From positions 4,759,319 through 4,823,318 of the forward strand of contig CM082594.2 in the NCBI GenBank assembly GCA_040954595.2: a stretch of 64,000 nucleotides of DNA, read 5' to 3'. This stretch comes from Balanoglossus misakiensis. Its lineage: Eukaryota > Animalia > Hemichordata. The translations under genes were made by a program, and so were the position numbers. This document shows positions 1 through 11,806 of this stretch, one piece after another (position 1 is the stretch's first letter; each line of letters starts with the position of its first letter). The notes beneath the pieces were generated by a model. That model was not told where the DNA came from, did not search any database, and saw nothing but the letters and a program-made list of their open reading frames with translations.

Positions 1-671
1 TTATGAAGCTCAGATTCTTGGGATGCGGATATACTTTCAGCATGTACAACATCACGTCACGCTGGTTGTAAAATAAAACACAGACTGCGAAGACCAAATT
101 TATATCAATCAAATGCAGCTGTTAGAAACTGCTTTTGTAATCAACCAGTCGTACCTACAAGAAACTTTCAGAAAACAAGAAATTCATATTTTACACATAT
201 TATGAGAGAAAAATGAAATTAAATGAAAATTAAGAAAGCATTGAATTAAAGATTTTTACTATCATAAATTTGGCATCTCCGTTTAGGGTGATGTGATATA
301 AGAACTTCCCTTTTGAAACAAATAATGTACAGATACCTGTAAAATGCTCATGATTAAAGTACATTCCAGAAAGAGCAGAATTCATCTCTATGGTGCTCTG
401 TCAACACAGATGTGAAGGATATATATCACACACATCCATGCAGGCCTTTGTGTATTCACCAAGCAAAGGAAACAGACGTAGCCAATGTATTACCACACGT
501 GCTGAATATAAACTGACAGAAAATTGATTGTAACAAAAAAGGGGCAGTTTCTCTCTTTCTTTTTTTTTGCTTGTATTTTCACTGTTCACTCAAGAAAAGG
601 AGTTTTTTTAATCGATGATCAACTCAAATGTTGTAATCTATCAAATCATGATACATCAGCTGTGCTTGTTC

Positions 672-820
672 GTCCCCCATGGACAAAGTCCAAGGGACAT
701 ATTGTCTTGTCAGTCCGTCCGTCTATCCGTCCGTTACCAGCTATTTCTCAGACACTGTGAAACGATTTTGTTCAAACGTGAGAGTAACATCAGAATGAGA
801 ATATGAAACTTCATCTGCAC
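672..820 (+). mobile_element. Helentron/HINE (DINE-1-like) non-autonomous element, 5' portion
   Basis: Nested short inverted repeats GTCCC(672)..TGGAC-AAA-GTCCA..GGGAC(698) followed by a GTCC/GTCT microsatellite (713-733) and 'tttctcaga..gaaactt' text resembling the copy at 50.7 kb; this layout is typical of HINE/DINE-1 elements. Confidence 0.45.
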
Positions 821-2824
821 ATCCGAGATTCTGTTTTGGTCGACGCACAACGATTTACCTGTACGGCTACACTGCAAGGTATGTAGTTTTTATTTTCAAT
901 CTTTTCTAAATAGAGTTGCATGTGAATGTTGTTGGCAAGTGGACAGGATTGTAGGGATAGTGTTTTGGAAATTTTAATCATGCACACATATACTCACATG
1001 TCTAATCTGAATCTGAGCCATTGGTCTTCGGATGACTCTGCTGTGAATATAATCTGATCATATTTATGTGATCAGATAATACATCTGATGATATTTATAA
1101 ACTGATCATATTTTTATGATCAGATTATACACATACACACCCTGGTCAGTATTGATATATTGTGCAAATACTGACCATGGAAACACCATGAATGCTACCG
1201 GCGATCGAATGCCTTCATGACATTCTTGACGAGTTGTTTTGAAAAGTAAAAACAAAACTTTTGTGAAAAGATGACAAAAGTTTTGAGAAATAAATAATTC
1301 TAATCTGTTTTTACTGTTTACTTTTTTCCAGTTGTACAATCCAGTGGGTTGGTTAACCAATCTGTCATCGCATTCACACAAAGCTATTATATTAAACGCA
1401 AACACACCACAGCACAGCAAAGACGCCAAGAACCAAACATAACTCGAGGCGTATGCGAGTTCATGCCATGGTTTCGGGGCAAGAGTGAGGCTTGGCAAGT
1501 GTACCAAGTCAGTCGCTGGAGTCAAAGACAAGGAACTATACAACGAATAAAAAAACTGCATACACCACACACCAAATAAACCCCTCACAAACTGTGTCCT
1601 TGCATAGATAGCTCTATTTCAACCACAAGACACCTGTAACAGTAATACATGATCCCAGTTTGTGTTTGTGCGGAGCTTCACGTAACCGCCATTAATCGAC
1701 ATCATTGAAATCAACCTAAACACGATATTCCACTCGCGCACTTCAAGGACAATGTGGAAATCGGAGGTGATCGATGGTGTTTAGAACGCAAAGCTATAAG
1801 TTGTGAACGAGTGTTTAGAGAATTGCAACCTGTCAGCTCGCAAACAATAAGTTGAATCTTGCTCATTGTTCACTGAAATCTGGTCAAAGTTGTCCCACTT
1901 CTCGCGATAAATACAGTTCTTTCTCTCGACAATGTTCACCTACTTCAGTTCTTCCCTGCTTTGAATTGCATCAGCTCTGATAAGGAGTCAGTTATTTTTG
2001 CTTATTAATGTAGCCGTTTCCATGGCAACACGAAAATCATTTCACGCAGGTGTCAATCATTACATGCACACCAACATAAACACAATACAGTCGTTTTTAA
2101 TTAGGTCAATTTTTCAAACTGTGAAAAGAAATCTTTTCAGCTTGTATGTGTTGAATATGAGAAAAAAAACAAAGGTATGAGGGAGATGGGTCCTTTTCTA
2201 CCTAGGGGTGTGCTTGTAGGAGTCTAAAGTATAACTACCCCCGCCATTGTTATCAGTGTCTTTAATCGCCCATTAGTCTCATGAACACGTCCATTATGGA
2301 AAAAAGAAAGTCGTTAGCAATAAAATATTTACAAGAAAGTGAAAGAGAAACAAGAATGAGGTCCACTTTGTCATATCCAGAGTTACATTGATTTGTTGTT
2401 ATTTGAACACATACTGCTAACGACATGCAGTTTCAATTCAGGGTTTTATGAAAAAAGAGGAATGATGTGTATTGATTTGTTCAAGTTGCTGTATTCAGCG
2501 ATTTTTCTTCGAACACTCCAGAAAATCAAGGCTGGAAACTATAATTGATAGTGAAGTGCAGGTTTCGCCTGTTATTTGATATACAATAAATACAAGCTAT
2601 ATCTCTTGTGCAAAATGTGTGTTATATTTTAATACCATACATCGTGCTACACACCTCTGTTAGTTTTGATTCACGAACAGACTACAAGAGGTTCCATTTC
2701 TGTAAACTTAGAAATGACATCACTCGAAAATCAGGATTGCAAGATTAGAAACAATCCAAAATGAAAGCATTCACAGCAAATTTTGTAATATCTTCCTTCC
2801 TTTGCGTTCATTTTTCACGTACAG

Positions 2825-3006
2825 ATATTGGTGATAAGCTGATTGAGGTTATCGGTCTCGAAGGAGCATTCCATGTGGGCCAGATCCGTGCCGGTCTCAA
2901 ATCGTCCGCCAGGAGACTGGCGCAGTGTGCCTCGGTCACGATACGAACACGGAAGAAATTTCCTATGCAGATAGACGGCGAACCCTGGCTACAGTCTCCA
3001 TGTACT
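2825..3006 (+). CDS. DGKB: Type I diacylglycerol kinase (DGKA/B/G-like), penultimate coding exon, catalytic accessory domain; upstream exons lie outside the window
   Basis: Acceptor tttttcacgtacag|, phase 1. Encodes (D)[60 protein letters not shown], with hallmark RRLAQC and PMQIDGEPW motifs. Donor |gtaagt at 3007. Confidence 0.95.
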
Positions 3007-3038
3007 GTAAGTATAAAACAAATGAATTATCAGAGTAA

Positions 3039-3297
3039 AGGGACAATAGTCTCTCTCTGGCTGCCCCTTTTCCATTTATTGTGTTTGATACAAGACACTG
3101 CTGATGTTATTCTACATGTTGATATATAGTGAATCAACGTTCGACCACACACAACTTCCATCCCATTTGTAGACACGAGAGTGAAAAACTCGCCAAAATG
3201 AATAAATCAGTGTTTACCATTTATTCATTTTGGCGAGATTTTTACTCTCATATGCTGTATAAAACGGGATGGAAGTTGTGTGTGGTCGAACGTCCCT
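3039..3297. mobile_element. Kolobok-type palindromic MITE, internally deleted copy
   Basis: Termini AGGGAC...GTCCCT, flanked by gtaa/TTAA; long internal palindrome (ttcgaccacacacaacttccatccc ... gggatggaagttgtgtgtggtcgaa); clearly the same family as 57083-57400. Confidence 0.75.
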
Positions 3298-3463
3298 TTA
3301 ATTTTAGCTCTGTATACTAAATGTAAAATGAATACAGATTTGAGAAAAAAAACCTTCAAGGGACGGTAATACCAACTGATGAAGATTTAAATTTGGAAAG
3401 ACTGGTTGGACGCTGTTGAATAACTTGTAAAATGAACAGTTATTTTTACTCCTTTTTCGGCAG

Positions 3464-3586
3464 ATTTCAATAACACACAAGAATCAGGTTCCAATGCTGG
3501 TGGCACCTGCACCCAACAAGAAGAGTTCCCTAACCAAACTATTCAAAAAGAATCGGGACCCAATTCCAACCTTGCTGGAGGACTGA
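3464..3586 (+). CDS. DGKB: Type I diacylglycerol kinase, terminal coding exon
   Basis: Acceptor cctttttcggcag|, phase 0. Encodes ISITHKNQVPMLVAPAPNKKSSLTKLFKKNRDPIPTLLED-stop (TGA 3584-3586); matches the IxITHKNQxPML C-terminus of type I DGKs. Confidence 0.93.
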   Translation: MSITHKNQVPMLVAPAPNKKSSLTKLFKKNRDPIPTLLED

Positions 3587-4777
3587 TACAGGCAAGACTC
3601 TGAAAAAATCGACCAAAAAAAGAGAGAGAGATAGAGAGACTGTCTTAAACAGTCCTTAACACAAAAATGAAACGAAATCCAGGAATTATATATATAGTCA
3701 CGATTTTGAAAGTTTCTGTCTGTCCAACCATGCAAAAAGCCGTTCAGTATTATTTCCAGACGCTGAATAAAAAAGAGGGGTGTACAGCTTGTCGGTTATA
3801 TAGTTCAGAAAATTAGTAGCAGCTGCATTATCGAACATTTGACATTGCAATTCTGAAGAAAAACCCTGTGCTGTTCAGTGATGTTCCTGTGTCATGTCAA
3901 CTGCATGGTGTTTGTTGTATTGTGTTTATTTGATTTGGTGCGGCAGTCAGCAAATTAAACTGCTGTACAAGAGAACGCGTCGAGTTTAGACCCCCCAGAA
4001 GCGTTGACGTCACCGTAATGAATCCCAGGTGAGTTAGTATGATTTGCACAAAGTTATTTTGACAGTGGAGCGACTGTAGTTACTTTTGCTTGGTCCAGAA
4101 ACCTGACCTTCAAGCATACAATATGAAAGAAGCTTGAAAAATTAACAGTTTGAGGTGTTCTTATCCTTCTTGAATAGGCTTCGTGCACTACACTGACCTG
4201 TCATCATTCAATGTGCACAAAAAGCTGTGATGTCAGCACTTTTAGGGGCCAGGTAGTCAATCATCACTACTTGTCCTGCAGTTACAGGCTGCATAAAATT
4301 CGTCTTTTTGAGTTTGATTTTTTTTCTTGTGAATAGATGTGTGACCAATATTCCAGAAATGAACAATGTGACAAAACGTTGTAATATTCAGAAAATGAAT
4401 TTTAATTTTTAATGGGGTGTGGGGTTACAAAGAGCTTTATAACTTAGAAACAAACCCAGTATTTACTTGGTAAAAAGTGATCTTTCATCTTGATGTTACA
4501 AACTTATGCAAATTAGCCATTACTCTAGAGCAAATTTGCACAATACCAAAAAAAATTTAAAAACATTGATTTTTAATAGGAAAGAAAAGAAACCTTAGGA
4601 ATGGGTATATTGATCCTTATGTTTTTATTGGAAATTCTTTCAATTTTTCCCTCTATTGTATAAAATCAAGGTGTATAAGTGTTATATTTGTGAAGCAACA
4701 TGGCGTAAACTTCGCGTTGGCAAAAATGATTTTTTTTAAGCCATCATTTCTAGGTACTAAACTATAAGACGTCGATC

Positions 4778-4876
4778 ACTTGTTGGTCTTGTGTCAGTCA
4801 CACGACAGTTACATTTTTTGCCTTGTCAGTCACATGACAGTCACATGTTGGTCTTGTGTCTGTCACATGACAGACA
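4778..4876. repeat. Degenerate minisatellite, about 3 x 33-35 bp
   Basis: Repeated unit 'tgttggtcttgtgtcagtcacaygacagtyaca'. Confidence 0.65.
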
Positions 4877-6429
4877 TCCAATTCTTCCCAATGTGTGTTT
4901 ACAGCCGGCTCTCCCAGTTTTTTTCCAACGCAGTCTGTTTTAATAAACTGTAAATCTGCTTTTTTTTAAACTCAGAAGTTGCAACTTCTATTACCGTATG
5001 TCGAATTGGACTTTAGCAAGGACAGTCTTTCAATTTTTTTTTCCGTTTTTGGCCTTGAAACTATGGAGTAATCTTTCAAGTTGCAAACCACTGAAACCTG
5101 ACAATAGAGAAGATTTAGTCGAGTTGAATCACAGTTGTGTTTGCAAATGTAGGTGGCAATGTGTCTGACTTTTTTTTCTATGTCAGATTGTAATCTCAAA
5201 GCATTTAGGGTGCTTCTGAAACTTATCCAACAGGTTTGATTATTATTCTAATTTCACAGTCATTCTTTAAGAAACGAAAAAATCACTTTATCCTTCAGTA
5301 TTAATTACTCCTTATTAATTAAGATTAATGAATAAATGTCTTGGACAGAGTGGTGATTAAGTTATTGTAATTCTAAAATGAAAATTCTATATATACTAAT
5401 TCTAGTTACAGTTCAAAATATGATCATTGTGCATAAGATTTTAATAAATTTCAATATTGTATAGAGTGAAATTTTATGTTGATTTCATACAGTTTGATTT
5501 TTTGGGGAAGGGTATATTTCTGCTTGTGACCAACTGAAATGTCTCTTTCTCTCTGTAAGTATTTAGATCATCCGATTTTAATGTTTGTATTGTGGATTCG
5601 TGTGGTTGTGGTATTGTGTCGAAAAAACTTGATGTCGCGTAGAGATTTACAATTACTGTTAATACGGCCCAAGCTGCAAGTTATTTTTTGCTTGTTTTTT
5701 TTTTGTATCGGAATGCATCTGAGCCCGTCGGTCTTGAGGTACAGCTGTCAGTTGTGAAGTTCAGTCCAAGGGATGCCAGTGGTTGTTTCAAACCATGGTC
5801 AGTAAAGTAGTGGGTTTTAAACTGTGGGGTGCAAGCATTTGTAGGGTGTATTTGCAATCAGCTGTGAGTCCGTGAGGTAATTGGTAGTGTTATGTGGGGT
5901 TCTGGCCGATTTTGAACCACATGAATAACATGGCAGTCTGTTCTGAACCTTGGGGTACAGCAATCAATGGCGAGCCTTGGAGGGGGGGGGCATGTCTAGC
6001 CATCACACATTTAACCTTGAGGTATAGCAGTTAATATAACAGGGCGTGGTGCATAGCAACCATCAGCTCTTTCATTAATCTGAAAAGACTTCAACCATTG
6101 ATGATGTTCCATGTTCCTTTTTTTTCACATGTTCACTGTGTTTGCTTATCTTTATTATTTTAACTGATCAAATTTTAATACTTAAAAAATGAGCCATAAT
6201 GATCCTTTCCACAATTCCAAATTGTCTTCCTATTTTCAATCCCAAAACGATCCAACCCTTCCCATGATTCCCATGCTATCCACAATCTGAAAACAATCCC
6301 TCTCTTCCCAATCCCAATCTGAAAATGACCTGTTGCTAAATCGACAAAAACAGGTCACCCATTCCTGTTCTAAATTTGGTGTATTTATACAACCATGCAC
6401 ACAGTTTCAGAGTGTCATCATAGCTAGTA

Positions 6430-6610
6430 CAATTTTGATTAACTAGTTAATTAATTATATAATAAATTAATTGATTTTATAGAAAGAGACAAATTCAAAG
6501 TTCTCATAGTGCATATACATCCTTAATTAATTAATTAATTGATCAATCAATCAATTAATTAATTAACTAACTCAGTGATTGGCTGGTTGATTGATTGATT
6601 GATTATTCAT
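6430..6610. repeat. AT-rich low complexity, (TTAA)n/(ATCA)n/(TTGA)n
   Basis: Directly visible simple repeats. Confidence 0.7.
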
Positions 6611-7846
6611 TAAGCATTTCCAAAGTGAAAATCAAGCTTACCAAGATTCCATCCACAAACGGCCTGCCCTATATCCAACTTTGCCCTATTTTCAAAAAAG
6701 TACTTTTCAGTCAGGCGAATATAAAGTGACCCACATTTTTCCTCCATGTTTTCCTGGAAGCGGTCAAAAATTTGAAAACCAATACAATTTCCGTTAGAAT
6801 CATAGTGGCATGAACCTGACTGAACAGACTGTATCAAAAAAGCCTTAGGTCTTCTCTTCACTGACACAGAGCAAGTGAAAATCTCTCCGTACCCAGTTCG
6901 AAGCTGATAAATTGTGTCGATCGTTGATTGTTTGACATTATCAACAGTGAGGACCCTTATTAGACACAAAACATTTCGTACACATCCCAAAATAAGCTCC
7001 ATGCAAATAATTGCATTTGATGCAGAGTGTGATTCTCAAACTCGATCATAAACTTGGTAATTGTTGCGCGGTCCACTTCAGTTTCACGGCCAGCCATCAG
7101 TAAGTGGCATGTTTTACGCCCCAATTTATAACTCACAATATATAAAGTACGGAGGAAATTTCCAAAGTCGGGCTGCTTGATTTTGTAAGCCCTAACAGCT
7201 GTGTAGTCTGCTTAAACTTATGATCAGATTTTCTCTGGTATTATTGGATATATTGTCACCATTCAGCTGATCTTGTGATTATTCCTATCTGTGTGGGTGA
7301 TATTTAATGAGTAGGGGAAAAATTATGGTTTAATGTCGATGGTAGTTTGTTTCCAAGGTCTGTAGCGATGGGCCTGATTTGGGTCCAGTACTGTGACCTA
7401 TTTTAGTTTTGCCAACAAAAGAACCAAAATGAGAAAGGAGCCTTAAAATTTAGAGAAAGGCAGTCCACCATAGTTTTTGCTGAGATGATAAAGGTCAGTT
7501 GAACTTTTGGCGTGCGATTGGGGATACCATATGGGTGCAGGATAACTTCTTAAAGTATTAGCCTAGTTTCTGAGTACAGCATAATCTTCTTTTCCAGCAA
7601 CAGAGAGACCTGCTTTGGTAGATATGATACAAAAGGCTGACACGCCCCTCCCAAGGTCATTATAACCTTGTTCTATATTGTATTCAGGTTTACAATTGTC
7701 AAGATTTCGTTTTTCTCAATTGACATTTTTTGTTTGCTGTTGACATTTTAAACTAGTGAAAAGAACTTGAGATTTAAAGCTAAGTCAGAATTTCAAACTG
7801 TTACATTCAACTGGAGATCAAAAGCTTATCCAGAGGTGTGTCCCTT

Positions 7847-7935
7847 GTAACCTGTGTGCAACCATGGTTTGGTCCAAATCCATTGTTTCCTGTGGTGGGG
7901 TTGGACCTCTGCAAATGGAAACGGGGTGAAAGGTG
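7847..7935 (-). mobile_element. ~90-bp piggyBac-type mini-MITE, diverged copy inverted relative to its neighbour
   Basis: accatggtttggtccaaatccattgtttcctgtggtggggttggacctct is the approximate reverse complement of the core of 7958-8051. Confidence 0.6.
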
Positions 7936-7957
7936 TTTGTTACCAGTGTAAAAGGTT

Positions 7958-8051
7958 TTAACCCTTTTACCCCCAGTTCCCTCTTTAGAGGTCCAAGCTC
8001 ACCATAGAAAACAATGGGTTTGGACTGAACCATTGGTGGTGAAGGGGGTAA
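7958..8051 (+). mobile_element. ~90-bp piggyBac-type mini-MITE
   Basis: TTAA-CCCTTTTACC...GGTGAAGGG(G)-GTAA termini; core shared with 16352, 34385 and 60943. Confidence 0.7.
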
Positions 8052-11000
8052 ATCACACCCGGTGTCCCGGACAACGACCACGCCCCCCGTAACAGCACTC
8101 GTACATTTTAAGCCGAAGCTGATGCAATTATGTGCCTGCACTTTTAAGGCGGGCTTAGAATTTTGTGAGGACAAGTTTATTCCAGAAGCAAAAATTAAAT
8201 AACTCCAGAGATATGCGAATCCTCGGGTAATAAGTTCTTAATGAGAAATGGTTGCAGGCGTTTGTTGTCGCCGCGCAAGGGCGAACCACTTTAATCAAAA
8301 TTACCGCGAGACAAACCCATTGTAAACTTTACACAGAAACACCTGGTTTTTGGACTGGTGTAGATTTGAGGCCAGACATGTCTGAGTATGTTAACCTTTA
8401 TTTTACCAAATCGCAAGTCAGGAATCAGAAAATTCATCAGCTTACTAAAATCAAGATACAATTGGTTAATAATGTGCTCATATTGATATCATTGTCCCAA
8501 ACAATTTCTGTGTTTTCAAGTTTGAAAAAATCAAGACAGGAAATCTCAAGTTTTTTAGACCACAGAGAGAAGTACTGCTTGTTGAGTTTCCTGTTTGCGT
8601 GAGACTGCAAAAACAAAATGGAGGTGAGAAACTCAACACCTGAAGTCGCAAGTGCAAACCTGACAGACAGCCAATCGCGCGAGCCCAATCATTCAGCAAC
8701 ATTTTCCACAACTTGCTTTGTGCCACTTTCAATCTTTGTCACCTTTGTCTTTGAAAATCATCTCTCTTTTTAAAAAAAAATGCCTGCCAATCATGCAATG
8801 GTTGATGAAACCTGACGACAGCCATCATTGTCAGCGGCTAAATTAAATAAGAAACTCGCCGTAAAAATTACAGAAAATCACATTTTACGCACTGGCCAAA
8901 AAGATTAATTGGCTCCCAGTGGAGTGTCCCTTATGAGCTGCAGTCTCCGATGTCTTGTTTCGTAAAAAGCCATTGCCTTTTTTGTGAAGGTCATACTCTT
9001 ATTTTTATCGCATGTCTGTTTATACTGCTCTGATCTCAAGGTGGCAAGGGCAAATGGGAGAAGAGAGTTTCTCGTGCAGGGATGACACCAGTGTACTTGA
9101 TCAAAGGTCAGGAAAATGTGCTACCGCAAAAAGCTCAAAACGAGAAAAAATTCATATTATGAATATATATGGAAACCTGCAACCTACATGTAGATCAGAC
9201 TAGACAAAGAGCAATTTTGTCTCCTTTTAATAGTTTACAGTCACCTGTGTAAATTTTCATGGTATACAGAAGATCTGGCCTATCATAGACTTTCACTTGG
9301 AGTCACACAAATGTGTCCCCCCCCCCTCCCCTGCCCAATAAGAACGCTCAGACATATGTAGACCAGAGGTGACTATTTACCTTTAAACAGTACAACAATA
9401 GAAGTGACAGTGCACCTTTAATTAGTTTTGAGTTTGGGATTTTTGAGTTTGGGATTCAAAGTGCGTTGAACTCGCGCACCTCTCCAACTTATCACTCAGT
9501 CAGGCATGTCTGAGTGGATATACCTTTCAACTTTCAAATTTATCAGTATTCTAAAAAAAAAACAGCAGATCTATTTTCAAAACTTTTAATATAAATATTC
9601 CGCCAGTATTATTTGTCTTCGTACATAGTGTATAGGGATTGTATAGGGATATGAACGATAAATCACCTGATATTTAGTTGACAGTTGCTCAAATCCAGCC
9701 TTATTATTATAAGGCTACCTTTATAAAAGAAATACATAGTGTACACAAATATTTGAATATTGTACAGTTGTTCTCTATCGATGCGGTGATTTAAAAAATT
9801 GGACGATAGATTGGACGGTCCGGAGGGTGTTATTTGTGGTATTTACAACTTTCTTATGCTGATCTTATGCTTTCTGTCTATTATGCAAATGAATAGGTAA
9901 TGTCCTATATTAAACTGTGTGGGTCATGCTTTTTTCACGCAGTACTTTGAATTAATTTTGGAATGCCTGGTAGCTCTCAGTTTGATATTTTCTTGGTATT
10001 TCGCAGGAGTTTGCGCAAAAAGGGTTTGTGTTGTTCGCGAATCTTGTCTGTTTTTGTGTATACACTCTCCATAACTAGATCATAACATAGATTCCTATTA
10101 ACTCTGATGAAATAACACCTGAGTTTGAATTTGTGTTGTTTTGGGCCAAAAAGCTGATTTTTATTGTGTGAATACGATCTTTGGGATCAGTAGGTTGCTC
10201 AAAATTGTTTTAAAAAAATTACTGTATGACTGTACCCCAGAAATATTTATCAATGAGAAAAAAAAATTGCCAAATTTTTTTCTGGTATCCGAACTGAATA
10301 CAGTTACACTTTTGGTTGACAGTTTGAAACAAATGTTACATTATGGTAGACAGAAAAAAATGGTGTTGTGGCCAAAAACTGACTGACTGTGCCTTGTTTG
10401 CAAAATTTGAAGTTAAATTTGAAGTTTACAAAAGACATAAAAAATGACTAGAGAGATCAAAATACTGGAATGCATCCCAGTCCTGTATTGCCACTTATGC
10501 AAAATGGATGTTAGCATTACCCTATGTTGCCATAGCAATCCTTAGAAAACCAGGTCAAAGGTCATATACTACCAATCAGAGGCTAGACATAGGTCATGTG
10601 TCATAGTGGGTTGATTTTTTTACAGATTTTTGTTCAGTTCTTTATATGTCTGAATTAATTTGACTGTACGCTCGCCAAATTAAATAATTCTATAGAAGTT
10701 TACATTGCCAGATACGATAATAAGTAGTGTGAATGTCTAGTAGGGTGAAAATATACTGTCTTCTGTGGTTACGTATATGGTCTTTTGTCAATCTTACAAA
10801 TGTGGATTTCTTACATGAAACTCTGGAATTTCGAGAGAAAAAAACCTTAAAAATACCGTAGTCTTTCCTTGGGTTGCTGTCTGGTCAGCAACGAGTATAA
10901 TTCTTGGGTTTGTAGAGAAAAATTATGATGTATTCGGTACAAGAACACATTGCATAGATCGAAAGTGTATAGCAGGATTTTGACGACAAGCAGTATTCTA

Positions 11001-11800
11001 CATGTGTATTATATCGGCTTCATTTCATAGTCTTTTTCCGGTGGTAAAATGTGGTGGTTTGATTTTGAATTATTTTCTTTTTGATTTGATTTTAATCAGT
11101 AGGACTATTTTTTGTTTTTAGTGGTGTTTTAACTGTGGTTTACTCATGGTAGCTTGCAGAAATTTATTTTGATTTAGATTTTTTTTCATGATAGTATAAT
11201 ATTCGAACAAGTACTAGAATTTACTGTAGTTGTCATGCTCCATTTGCATGTATGTCCATTCATTGATGCATCGACTTGAATTTAATAAAATTACAAATTA
11301 TAAAATACATTTCATTTGATAGAGTAAATTAAATTAACCCAGTATTGAAAACGTGCACTTCCACTTGATTTACATCAACACACCTGTTTATAAAAACTTT
11401 TCTTCATTTAGAGCTTTATTTGTTTTTTTGTTTTTTTTTTAAATATGTATTTCAATTGACTTTGACGTGCTTTACATTTTAACCCTTTCCCCCCTGTATT
11501 CCCTTTGGAATGACCGACTCTTCTTTGTGCAAGGGCCATTTTATTGTGAATCGGGGGGTGAGTTATGTGATTATATTAGGATTTACGTTCAGGATTACAT
11601 TTCCTTGTGAGTTTATATTACAAATATCCTCGTTTCACTGAATCTTACCTTTATAGTGTATAATAGCAGTTCTTTCCAGATCAAGCTAGCTGACACTGGT
11701 GTCCAACTGGTTTCAACCAGTTCGGACCAGTTCAGGCAAGATCATATCAATCCTTACAATGGTGTATGTATACTATGTTCATGTGTACTGTACAGAATGA

Positions 11801-11806
11801 AATAAA
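11801..11806 (+). terminator. Candidate distal polyadenylation signal of DGK
   Basis: AATAAA preceded by several TGTA elements and followed by a U/GU-rich tract, located at the compositional boundary. Confidence 0.4.

Noticed and set aside
803-878. Possible preceding DGK exon (ends ..LQ G|gtatgt in the right phase)
   Set aside because: No DGK motifs (no NIPSxxGGxNLWG), no good acceptor, overlaps a repeat relic; kept only as a cryptic-exon idea
1106-1588. 160-aa hydrophobic minus-strand ORF
   Set aside because: No recognisable domain; hydrophobicity is explained by the T/G-rich composition of that strand
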